A stretch of 64,000 nt of DNA, taken from positions 75,911 to 139,910 of the forward strand of contig JAZDCY010000056.1 of NCBI GenBank assembly GCA_036679645.1. Direction: 5' to 3'. Numbering within the stretch: position 1 is the stretch's first letter; every line of letters begins with the position of its first letter. The translations under genes were made by a program, and so were the position numbers. Under the pieces are notes generated by a model that had not been told where the DNA came from, searched no databases, and saw nothing but the letters and a program-made list of their open reading frames with translations. Shown in pieces: positions 28,606 through 37,423 of the stretch. This DNA is from Gemmatimonadota bacterium (GTDB lineage Bacteria; Gemmatimonadota; Gemmatimonadetes; Gemmatimonadales; GWC2-71-9).

Positions 28606-29456
28606 GACGCCGCATCACGTTGCTGGCCAGCCTGGCCGTGCTTGCGACGGCTGGCTTGGCAAGCGCGCAGTCCTACCGCACGGTCGTGGAGTCACGACAG
28701 ATGAGTGGTGAGCGAGACCTGAGTGTGAGCATCGGGTTCGCGGTTGGGCACATCCTGGTCGCACCCGCGCAGGGCCGCGAGCTTTACCGGCTCTCGATGG
28801 TCTACGACGAGGATTTCTTCCGACCCGATGTCCGGTACCGTGAGTCTCGCAACCGGCTCCGGGCCGAGCTCGAGTCGCTCGGTCGGCACGGTCGCCAGGA
28901 CGCAGATCTGGACCAGCAGATCGACCTCGTCATCTCGCCATCGGTAGCGCTGGATCTGCATCTCAAGTTCGGCGCAGCGGAAGCGGATCTCGAGCTGGGC
29001 GGTCTGTCGCTCACGGAGGGACATATCGAGACCGGTGCGAGCGAAACAACCGTTCGCTTCTCCGCACCCAACCGCGCCGTCTGCGAGTCACTGCGATTTG
29101 AGGTCGGTGCCGCAGAGTTTGAAGCGCTGAATCTCGCAAACGCCCGCTGTCGCCTTATCAAGCTCTCCGCAGGCCTGGCTGAGATACTGCTCGACTTCAC
29201 CGGTGAGTGGAGTGACGCGATCGAGACCAAGGTGGACATCGAGATGGGGTTGGGTGAGGTCCGACTGCGCTTCCCCGAAGACCTCGGCGTCCGGATCCGG
29301 GTCGATCGGTTTCTCGTCAGCGTCGATCGCAACGGCTTCGACAAGCGCGGCTCGACCTACACGTCGCGCAACTGGGACGACGTGACTACACACATCGAGA
29401 TCGATATCGAGGCCGCACTCGGTAGCGTCGAAGTGGAGTGGGTGCCCAACCGGTAG
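28602..29456 (+). CDS. secreted repetitive beta-strand protein, function unknown (possible LiaF-C/toast-rack-like fold)
   Basis: GTG at 28602 (GTGA overlap) gives VRRRITLLASLAVLATAGLASAQ, a signal peptide. It is followed by repeated D/E-alternating strands (ALDLHLKFGAAEADLELG, VDIEMGLGEVRLRF, IEIDIEAALGSVEVEW). This is the last third of the 726-aa track ORF. Confidence 0.55.
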   Translation: MRRRITLLASLAVLATAGLASAQSYRTVVESRQMSGERDLSVSIGFAVGHILVAPAQGRELYRLSMVYDEDFFRPDVRYRESRNRLRAELESLGRHGRQDADLDQQIDLVISPSVALDLHLKFGAAEADLELGGLSLTEGHIETGASETTVRFSAPNRAVCESLRFEVGAAEFEALNLANARCRLIKLSAGLAEILLDFTGEWSDAIETKVDIEMGLGEVRLRFPEDLGVRIRVDRFLVSVDRNGFDKRGSTYTSRNWDDVTTHIEIDIEAALGSVEVEWVPNR

Positions 29457-29482
29457 GCACACCGCAGATCTGTGGACGAGTG

Positions 29483-29517
29483 AAGGCGCTCCGCGATCAC
29501 CGCGGGGCGCTTCTTGC
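29483..29517 (+). terminator. rho-independent terminator candidate
   Basis: GCGCTCCGCG (29486-95) pairs with CGCGGGGCGC (29501-10) with one G-U pair and the loop ATCAC. It is followed by TTCTTG. Confidence 0.5.
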
Positions 29518-29542
29518 ATCACCCTAGTATCTTCTTCCTCCC

Positions 29543-30526
29543 ATGTCGGTCACGATTCGACGCGCGGGCCCCGCCGATGCGGCAGCCCTGACGGCGATCG
29601 CCCTTGCGGCGAAATCACACTGGGGATACCCCGACGCCTGGCTCGCAGAGTGGCGACCGCAACTCACGCTCGCTCCCGACTACGTAACCCGTAATCCGGT
29701 GTTCGTCCTCGAAGAGTCACGGGAACCGGTCGGATTCTGCGCCCTCGCGCGTGAACCGGAACATTGGCTACTCGATCACCTGTGGGTGTCTCCCGCCGCG
29801 CACGGTCGTGGGTACGGACGCGCGCTGTTTCGACATGCCGTTTCGTACGCCGCCGCTGAAGCACCTGCGCTCGCGGTCCGCATCGAGTCCGATCCAAACG
29901 CCGAAGCGTTCTACGCCCACATGGGCGCACGGCGCACTAGCACCCACCCAGGGCCAGTGTGCGGACTGCCGCGCGAACTCCCCGTCCTCATCTATGAGAC
30001 CCAAATGATCATTTCACGACCCGCTCCCGACGAGTACGCCCCCTACTACGGCGGCTACATCGACCAGGTACCGGACGGTGACGTCTTGGACCTGTTGCAA
30101 CACCAGATCGGGCAGACGACCGACCTCATCTCGGGCGTAGCACCTGAGCGCGGCACATATCGTTATGCGCCGGAGAAATGGTGCCTCAACGACGTCCTCG
30201 GGCACCTTTGCGACACCGAGCGCGTTTTCACCTATCGGGCACTCCGCTTCAGCCGCGGCGATGCACAGGCACTGCCCGGCATGGAGCAAGACGACTACGT
30301 GACCGGAGCGAACTTCGCGGACCGCTCGACGGCGGACCTGCTGGAAGAACTCCAAACGGTTCGTGCCGCGACCATCACACTTTTGCGTTCGCTGACGCCC
30401 GAGATGCTCGCGCGGCGGGGCACGGCAAGCGATTGCCAGTTCACGGCCCGCGCCATTGCCTATGTCATTGCGGGACACGAGCGACATCATGTGCAGGTGC
30501 TCCGCGAACGCTACCTCGAACGCTGA
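29543..30526 (+). CDS. GNAT acetyltransferase fused to a DinB-family (DinB_2-like) domain
   Basis: The N-terminal ~155 aa are GNAT (HLWVSPAAHGRGYGRALFRHAV). The C-terminal ~170 aa are DinB-like (WCLNDVLGHLCDTERVF...IAGHERHHVQVL). It is a single ORF with no internal stop. Confidence 0.75.
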   Translation: MSVTIRRAGPADAAALTAIALAAKSHWGYPDAWLAEWRPQLTLAPDYVTRNPVFVLEESREPVGFCALAREPEHWLLDHLWVSPAAHGRGYGRALFRHAVSYAAAEAPALAVRIESDPNAEAFYAHMGARRTSTHPGPVCGLPRELPVLIYETQMIISRPAPDEYAPYYGGYIDQVPDGDVLDLLQHQIGQTTDLISGVAPERGTYRYAPEKWCLNDVLGHLCDTERVFTYRALRFSRGDAQALPGMEQDDYVTGANFADRSTADLLEELQTVRAATITLLRSLTPEMLARRGTASDCQFTARAIAYVIAGHERHHVQVLRERYLER

Positions 30527-30551
30527 ACGCCGAACCAAGGGAAGCCAACCC

Positions 30552-31733
30552 ATGGCGCAACTCCATCCGGGATCAAAGGATCGGCGTGCTCATGTCCGGC
30601 GTTGGGGCTGGACGCTCGCTGCGGGAGCGTTCGCCTGCGGGCCTTCGCTGGTTCCGACAGTGCCGGCCCCGGTGGTTCTTGCTGGAGCAATCGAGCACTC
30701 GGTCTTCTTCATCGGCGATGCCGGCGCTCCGGCCGTGCCCACCGATCCGGTCCTGATCGCCCTCCGCGCCGCGGCATCCGAGCACCCGGAGCGGAACAGC
30801 ATCGTATTTCTCGGAGACAACGTGTACCCCATGGGGATGCCGGTGCGGGACGATCCGTCCCGGCAGGAATCGGAGCGGCGGCTCCAGGCACAGATCGATG
30901 CCGTGCCGCAGGGCGCCCGGGGCATCTTCGTCATGGGGAACCACGACTGGATTCGCGGCCGCGAGGGCGGGTTGGCAGCCGTTCGGCGCCAACTGGCCTA
31001 CATCGCCGATGCCGGCCGACCACTCGTCGTTGCGGCACCGACCGGTGGCTGCCCCGGGCCCGCGGTGATCGACGTCAGCGCGCGACTGCGCCTGGTGATG
31101 CTCGGCACCCAATGGTGGCTCCACGGGAGCGAGCGGCCCTCCGACCCGGCCTCCGCGTGCATCGCCGACTCGGAAGCGGAGGTCACCGACTCGCTCCGCA
31201 CCGTCGTGCAAGCAGGTCCCGATCGCATCGTCTTGGTCGCCGGACACCACCCTTTGCGCTCAGGCGGGGTGCACGGCGGCAAGTTCGACTGGAAGGACCA
31301 CATCTTCCCGCTGCGAGTCTGGAAGTCGTGGCTCTGGTTACCGCTTCCGATTATCGGGTCGCTGTATCCGCTGGTGCGGGGATCTGGCTTCTCGGCGCAG
31401 GACCTGGGCTCGGGACGCTACCAGACGATGCGGGACTCGATCGTCGCCGCCTTTGGCAGCCATCCGCCGCTTGCGTATGCAGCGGGGCACGAGCACAATC
31501 TGCAGGTTCTGGACGGCATGGGAGCTCGCTATCTCCTCGTATCGGGAGCCGGCATCTACGATCACCTCAGCCAGGCATTCCGACTCGAGGGTTCACTGTA
31601 CGCGCGGGCCGCGAGCGGTTTCATCCGCATCGATCTCCTCCGAGATGGACGCGTTCGCCTCGCGGTGCTCTTGGCGGATGGAGACGGCCGGTTGACCGAG
31701 GATTTCTCGATGTGGCTGGAGGAGAACCGATGA
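30552..31733 (+). CDS. secreted calcineurin-like metallophosphoesterase
   Basis: ATG at 30552 with a hydrophobic N-terminus WTLAAGAFACGPS. Motifs: FFIGDAG, VFLGDNVYPMG, VMGNHDW, VAGHHPL, AAGHEHNLQV. Confidence 0.8.
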   Translation: MAQLHPGSKDRRAHVRRWGWTLAAGAFACGPSLVPTVPAPVVLAGAIEHSVFFIGDAGAPAVPTDPVLIALRAAASEHPERNSIVFLGDNVYPMGMPVRDDPSRQESERRLQAQIDAVPQGARGIFVMGNHDWIRGREGGLAAVRRQLAYIADAGRPLVVAAPTGGCPGPAVIDVSARLRLVMLGTQWWLHGSERPSDPASACIADSEAEVTDSLRTVVQAGPDRIVLVAGHHPLRSGGVHGGKFDWKDHIFPLRVWKSWLWLPLPIIGSLYPLVRGSGFSAQDLGSGRYQTMRDSIVAAFGSHPPLAYAAGHEHNLQVLDGMGARYLLVSGAGIYDHLSQAFRLEGSLYARAASGFIRIDLLRDGRVRLAVLLADGDGRLTEDFSMWLEENR

Positions 31734-34282
31734 GACGCAAGGTACCCGGCACGGCGCTCCTGTTGGCAGCCGTCTCAGTCGCGGGTCCCTCATCGACGCA
31801 TGCACAACAGCGCGATAGCGTCCGGATCGCGGCCGGCTCCCAATACGATGCAGGTGGGTTCCACCGCCTCCTGTTCGGCGGTGATTATCGCGACCTGTGG
31901 CGTACCCCGATCTCTGTGCTCATGCTCGACCTGGATACGGCGAGCGGCGGCCTCACACCGACGACCGCAGGTGGAGGATTCCAGACGAAGTCCCTGCGCT
32001 TCCGCGACGCGAACGGGTTCCTCTATGGATTTCGGTCGGTGGACAAGGACCCCGCCGTCCTGCCGGACGAGTTGGCCGGAACCTTCGTCGAGGACCTCGT
32101 ACGGGACCAGACAAGCTCGGCCCATCCTGCCGGCTCCGGAATCGTTCCACCGTTATTGGAGGCGGTGGGCATTCTCCACACGGAGCCCCGGCTCGTCGTC
32201 CTCCCCGACGACCCCAGGCTCGGTGTGTTCCGGGAACGCTTTGCCGGGACGTTGGGCTATTTCGAGCTGCGTGGAATTGTGGAACCCGGCGCGCAACGGT
32301 TCGCCAACGCGCTAGAGATTCTCGACAGCGACGACGTATACCCAATGGTGCGGCAGAGCCCGGCACATCGTATTGACACCCGCCAGTTTCTCACAGCACG
32401 GCTCATCGATCTCTTGATCGGCGATTGGGATCGTCACCGGGGCCAGTGGGGCTGGGCGCGCTTCGATGACGCAACCGTCACCTATTGGACTCCCATACCC
32501 GAGGACCGCGATCAGGCCTTTGCGCGCTTCGACGGCCTGTTCCTGTCGCTGGGACGGGCAGCGGCCCCGCAGCTCGTGAACTTCGGCGATGACTATCCCA
32601 ACATGGTGGGCCTCACGTGGAACGGGCGGGAGAGCGACCGGTGGTTTCTCGTCCAGCTGGAAAAATCCGTGTGGGATTCGGTGGCTGCCGCGGTGCAGGC
32701 GCGAATCACGGACGCGGTCATCGACGCCGCGGTCGCGGGCATGCCCGTCGAGTATCAGGCAATCGACGGCGACCGCATGCGCCGGGCGTTGCGCGCGCGC
32801 CGCGACAAACTGCTCGAGGCAACCGACCGGTTCTACCGCGTGATCGTGGGAGAGGTTGACCTCCACGCAACGGAGGCGGCGGAGTTCGTAACGATCGACC
32901 GACATGCCGACGGCAATGTGACCGTCGAGATCACCGAGCGTCGTCCCGGCGCAACTCCCTGGCTCCGCCGCACGTTCGACGCGAGCGAGACCAGCGAAAT
33001 ACGGCTCTATCTCTATGGCGGCAACGATCGCGTCGTCGTGCGCGGGGACGGGCGAGGCATTGGCTTGCGGATCATCGGAGGTGGGAGCGACGAGGTGGTG
33101 GATTCCTCGCGTGCCGGCGGCGTCAGGTTCTATGCGACGGGGGTCGATCGCACGAGTGGGCCCACCGGGGTGCAGGTGGACCGCCGCGTGTACACGCCAC
33201 CAGCCAAACGGTTCGAGAGGGAACTGCCGCCACGCGATTGGGGCCACCGCTGGATGCCGGTGCTCTGGGCCGGTGGCGGGCCCGACATCGGTGCATTCGC
33301 GGGATTCGGCGCGTTTGTAACTCGGTGGGGATTCCGCAAGCTGCCGTACACATATCGGATTCGCGTACGCGGTGGCTACGCCACGGCAGCAAGGGCATTC
33401 CGGACCGACCTGCTCGCGACGTTCTATCGCATGAATTCCCGGATCCACGGTGACGTGTACGTCCGTGCGTCCGGAATCGAGGTGCTACGCTTCCACGGTC
33501 TAGGAAACGAGACGCAGCTCGACCGCCCGGATGATTTTTACCGTGTCACCCAGGACCAATACACTATCCAGCCGACGGTCACCGTTCCGCTGGGAACCCC
33601 CGCGACAATCACGTTCGGGCCTCTCGCGACCATCAGCGATACCGAGGCGCAACCGAACCGGATCATCGATTCACTCCAATCACTCCAACCGTTATACGGG
33701 GCCGGACACTTCAGTCAGGTCGGATGGCAGACTAGCGTGAGGTTCGATACCCGGGACGTCGCGGCCGCGGCTTCGCGGGGGGTAGCCATCGACGTTGGCG
33801 GCTCGGTCTACCCCGAGCTGCTCGACGTGGTAACGACCTTTGGTGAGGCCCACGCCACGGCATCGACATATCTCTCCGTCGGTGGCCCGGGCGCGCCCGC
33901 AGCAACGCTTGCCCTCCGCGCCGGTGGAAAGAAAGTCTGGGGAACTTTCCCCTTCCACGAGGCCGCTTTCATAGGAGATGACGCGACGGTGCGCCTGGGC
34001 CGCCAAAATCGTTTCGGCGGTGACGCCGCCGCGTGGGGCAACGCGGAACTCCGGCTGCGGGTGGCAAAGATCTCCTTTCCCTTGCCGGGCCATTTCGGCC
34101 TGCTAGGCCTCGCGGACGCCGGACGCGTGTTCCTCGAGGGCGAATCGTCGGACGACTGGCATACGGCGTTCGGAGGCGGCATCTGGTTTTCCTTCCTCCA
34201 ACCGTCGAATACCATAAGCGCGGCGGTTGCGCACAATAGTGAAGACGTGCGGTTGTATGTACGGGCCGGGTTTGCTTACTGA
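31730..34282 (+). CDS. signal peptide + kinase-like (PI3/4K-like motif) region + Omp85/surface-antigen-type C-terminal beta-barrel
   Basis: ATG at 31730 (ATGA overlap with the phosphoesterase stop). Signal peptide: MRRKVPGTALLLAAVSVAGPSSTHAQ. Kinase-like motifs: LIDLLIGDWDRHRGQW and IPEDRDQAF. The C-terminus (FGGDAAAWGNAELRLRV...LADAGRVF...GGGIWFSF...RLYVRAGFAY) resembles an Omp85 barrel. The ORF-track start at 30602 is an out-of-frame overlap with the upstream gene. Confidence 0.7.
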   Translation: MRRKVPGTALLLAAVSVAGPSSTHAQQRDSVRIAAGSQYDAGGFHRLLFGGDYRDLWRTPISVLMLDLDTASGGLTPTTAGGGFQTKSLRFRDANGFLYGFRSVDKDPAVLPDELAGTFVEDLVRDQTSSAHPAGSGIVPPLLEAVGILHTEPRLVVLPDDPRLGVFRERFAGTLGYFELRGIVEPGAQRFANALEILDSDDVYPMVRQSPAHRIDTRQFLTARLIDLLIGDWDRHRGQWGWARFDDATVTYWTPIPEDRDQAFARFDGLFLSLGRAAAPQLVNFGDDYPNMVGLTWNGRESDRWFLVQLEKSVWDSVAAAVQARITDAVIDAAVAGMPVEYQAIDGDRMRRALRARRDKLLEATDRFYRVIVGEVDLHATEAAEFVTIDRHADGNVTVEITERRPGATPWLRRTFDASETSEIRLYLYGGNDRVVVRGDGRGIGLRIIGGGSDEVVDSSRAGGVRFYATGVDRTSGPTGVQVDRRVYTPPAKRFERELPPRDWGHRWMPVLWAGGGPDIGAFAGFGAFVTRWGFRKLPYTYRIRVRGGYATAARAFRTDLLATFYRMNSRIHGDVYVRASGIEVLRFHGLGNETQLDRPDDFYRVTQDQYTIQPTVTVPLGTPATITFGPLATISDTEAQPNRIIDSLQSLQPLYGAGHFSQVGWQTSVRFDTRDVAAAASRGVAIDVGGSVYPELLDVVTTFGEAHATASTYLSVGGPGAPAATLALRAGGKKVWGTFPFHEAAFIGDDATVRLGRQNRFGGDAAAWGNAELRLRVAKISFPLPGHFGLLGLADAGRVFLEGESSDDWHTAFGGGIWFSFLQPSNTISAAVAHNSEDVRLYVRAGFAY

Positions 34283-34354
34283 CACCCCGCCATCGCTGCT
34301 AGGAGGCCCGATGACGAGCCACATGGATTCGATCGAGACGCTGGGACCTAGGCC

Positions 34355-35987
34355 GTGGAGGTAGTGAGCGACCGGGTCCGACCACTCACCACGACATCCA
34401 CCAGCCAGCGCAGTTCCAGCGCGTGGACGTGGAGTCTGGCGTCGCTGCCACCGGATCTTCTCGAGCAATCGTGCAAGCGGATTGCCATCGTCGCGATGGT
34501 CTTTGCGGGGCTCTGGATGCTCCCTCTGGTTCTCAACCCGGTTGCGCTCCGATTCGCACCCGATGACCCGTTCGTGGCAGGCGCCGCGTGGCCCATGCCC
34601 GGCAGGTTAATCGCGGGACTCGGGCTCCTGCTGTCGCTGGGAATGGTCTTCGTGGCGGCCAAGCTGCACCCCGCACCCTCCGTGCTGTTGAACACTGGGC
34701 TCGGATTCGAGGTCGCAACGGCCCTGCTGATCGGGATTCTCAATCAGTGGCAGCCCGTCCTCGTTCCCGGCCGTGCCTCCTGGATATGCATCATCATTCT
34801 GATCTATCCCGCGATCGTACCCAATACACCCACCAAGACGTTCATCGCCGCGTTTGCTGCCGCGTCGATGGACCCGCTCGGGTTCGGGATTGCCATGGCG
34901 CGCGGCGCCGTCCCCGCGGGTGAATTCACCGCCTTCACCGCCCTGTGGTATTTCCTCCCGGCGTACCTGTGTGCGGCCCTTGCAGTAGTTCCGGTACACA
35001 TCATCCGGAAGCTCGGGCGACAGGTCAGCAAGGCCCGGGAGCTGGGCAGCTACCGCCTCGGCGAATCGATTGGGACAGGCGGGATGGGAGACGTCTACCG
35101 GGCGGAACATCGGCTGCTGGCACGACCAGCCGCGATCAAGCTGATTCGCCCCGCGCTCCTTTCCACAAGCCGCCGGGAGGCGACGGTGATCCTCGAGCGA
35201 TTCCGCCGCGAGGCCGAGGCGGCGGCGCTGTTGCGCTCCCCGCATACCATCGAACTCTACGATTTCGGCGTGGCCGAGGAAGGGACGTTCTACCTGGTAA
35301 TGGAGCTACTCGATGGACTCAGTTTCGAGGTGCTAGTCGAGCGATTCGGCCCGGTTCCGCCAGAACGCGCGGTGTATCTCATGCTCCAGGCCTGTGCCTC
35401 CCTGGCCGAAGCACATTCCACTGGTCTGATGCATCGTGACATCAAGCCATCCAATATCTTTACCAACCGTCTCGGGCTCGAGGTCGATTTCGTCAAAGTG
35501 CTCGATTTTGGCCTGGTCAAGGCAGACCCCGGAAACGGGGTCGAGCAATCGGACCGGCACGCCGGCGTTCATGGCGCCGGAGGTCGCGCTCGGCGAGGAG
35601 ACCGCCGACCACCGCCTCGACGTATACTCGCTTGGGGCGGTACTCTATTGGATGCTCACCGGTCAGCTTATCTTCGAGGCATCCAATCCGATCAAGATGA
35701 TGCACCGACACATTAGAGACCAGCCGACGCCACCGTCGCAACGTACGGAACTCGACATACCACCCGAGCTCGACGACCTCGTCATGGCGTGTCTCGCGAA
35801 AGACCCTGAAGCGCGACCCGCGAACGCCGCGGCACTCGCCCATGCACTCGCCGAGATCGAGTTCCAAGAGCCGTGGACCACTGAGCGGGCGGAGCGTTGG
35901 TGGGATATGCACGTTCCAGACTGCATGACCGCCGGCGGCCCGTGCGACCAGGGAACGCTGGTACCTGCGTTGTCAGTCGCCGGGTAG
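34355..35987 (+). pseudogene. membrane-anchored Ser/Thr protein kinase, frameshifted inside the activation segment (pseudogene or homopolymer error)
   Basis: ORF 34355..35716 carries about 6 TM helices, GTGGMGDVYRAEH, AAIKLI, HRDIKPSNIF and DFGLVKADP. ORF 35436..35987 continues ...TGTPAFMAPE...DVYSLGAVLYWMLTG...ACLAKDPEARP. The frames meet at a C4 run (35527-30) and a G4 run (35537-40). Confidence 0.75.
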
Positions 35988-35998
35988 TCTCCACGCAC

Positions 35999-37423
35999 AT
36001 GCGCCGCGCCCTCCGAACCACCGTCGGCCTTACGGCGCTCCTTCTCGCGGGTCGTATTCCGATCATCGCGGCACAAGAGGCCGACACGGCCCGGCTTCGG
36101 AACATTCTCGATCTCAGTACGTCCCTGGAGACGCTCTCCACTCGGATAGCCCCGGCCGTCGTGCAGATCTTCACGACCGCCCTGGGACCCGTCGCGCCGG
36201 GATCCGGCGCCCAGCGAGTGGGTCTCCAACGGCGAGGTGGTTCCGGTTTCGTCCTGACATCGGACGGGTATATCCTGACGAACGCCCATGTGGTAGCGGG
36301 AGCACGCTCAGTACAGGTCCTGCTCGCACAGGCTGCCGCGCCCGATGCGCCCGGTCGGTCCGTCATACGGCCGGGGGGAAAGCGAGTGACCGGTACGGTT
36401 GTGGGGGCCGATTCAGAAACGGACTTGGCGCTCATCAAGATAGATGAGACCAATCTGCCGTTTCTCCAGTTTGGCGATTCGGACGAACTGGGCCCCGGGA
36501 ACCTCGTACTCGCCTTCGGAAGCCCCCTTGGTTTGGAGACCTCGATCAGTCTAGGCATCGTGAGCGCCGTGGGGCGGCAGCTGCGGCCGGAAAGCCCTAT
36601 GGTCTATATCCAGACAGATGCACCAATCAATCCTGGAAACAGCGGCGGTCCCCTCGTGGACACACGGGGACGTGTCATTGGCATCAACACGCTGATCCTC
36701 TCGCAGTCGGGCGGCAGCGAAGGCGTGGGCTTCGCGGTACCAAGCAACATCGCACGGAGCGTCTACGGGCAGCTCCGCAGTGCCGGGCATGTACGCCGCG
36801 GTATCGTCGGAGCCAACGTGCAGACGATCGACGTGGTCATGGCGGACGCACTTCGCCTTACGCAGGATTGGGGCGCGATCGTGACCGATGTGTTTCCGCG
36901 TTCCCCCGCCCAACAGGCGGGGCTGCAGGTGGGTGACATCATCGTCTCCCTCGATGGAAAGCCCATGGAGAACGGGCGCCAGTTCGACGTCAACGTCTAT
37001 CAACGCGCCGCGGGCGACATCATCCGTCTCGACGTGCGGCGCAACCTCCAGCGGCTCTCCCTGCAGGTGCGCGTGGTTGAGCGCGACCGCGACCCGAATC
37101 GCTTCGCGGATATGGCTCGCTCCGAAGAAAATCTGGTGCGTCGGCTCGGCATACTGGCCCTCGACGTGACGCCGGCCATTGCACGGCAGATGCCCTGGCT
37201 GCGCATGCAGACCGGCGTCGTCGTGGCCGCGCTTGCCGCCGACGTTCCGCGCATCGAGACCGGTCTCCGGGCAGGTGATGTGATTCATGCCGCGAACGGC
37301 GCCGCGGTCACGTCGCTCGCGATGCTGGCGGCGTTCCTCAACCAGTTGGACGTGGGCGATGCGGTGGTGCTGCACGTCGGCCGGTTCGGACGTCTTCGGT
37401 TCGTTGCATTCCGCATCGAGTAG
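35999..37423 (+). CDS. DegP/HtrA-family periplasmic serine protease with two PDZ domains
   Basis: ATG at 35999 gives the signal peptide MRRALRTTVGLTALLLAG. Catalytic triad context: TNAHVV, DLALIK, GNSGGPLVD. Two PDZ-like regions follow. Confidence 0.9.
   Translation: MRRALRTTVGLTALLLAGRIPIIAAQEADTARLRNILDLSTSLETLSTRIAPAVVQIFTTALGPVAPGSGAQRVGLQRRGGSGFVLTSDGYILTNAHVVAGARSVQVLLAQAAAPDAPGRSVIRPGGKRVTGTVVGADSETDLALIKIDETNLPFLQFGDSDELGPGNLVLAFGSPLGLETSISLGIVSAVGRQLRPESPMVYIQTDAPINPGNSGGPLVDTRGRVIGINTLILSQSGGSEGVGFAVPSNIARSVYGQLRSAGHVRRGIVGANVQTIDVVMADALRLTQDWGAIVTDVFPRSPAQQAGLQVGDIIVSLDGKPMENGRQFDVNVYQRAAGDIIRLDVRRNLQRLSLQVRVVERDRDPNRFADMARSEENLVRRLGILALDVTPAIARQMPWLRMQTGVVVAALAADVPRIETGLRAGDVIHAANGAAVTSLAMLAAFLNQLDVGDAVVLHVGRFGRLRFVAFRIE

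Noticed and set aside
30602-31729. N-terminal 376 codons of the 1226-aa track ORF
   Set aside because: This part overlaps the metallophosphoesterase gene in another frame and reads as Arg/Gly-rich nonsense. A signal peptide begins at the ATG at 31730.
32312-33448. 378-aa minus-strand ORF, and similar long antisense ORFs (19224..20177, 36551..37375, 52492..53463, 42959..43951, 40430..41284)
   Set aside because: All lie antisense to genes with recognisable domains and show Arg-rich low-information sequence. I treat them as GC-driven spurious ORFs.
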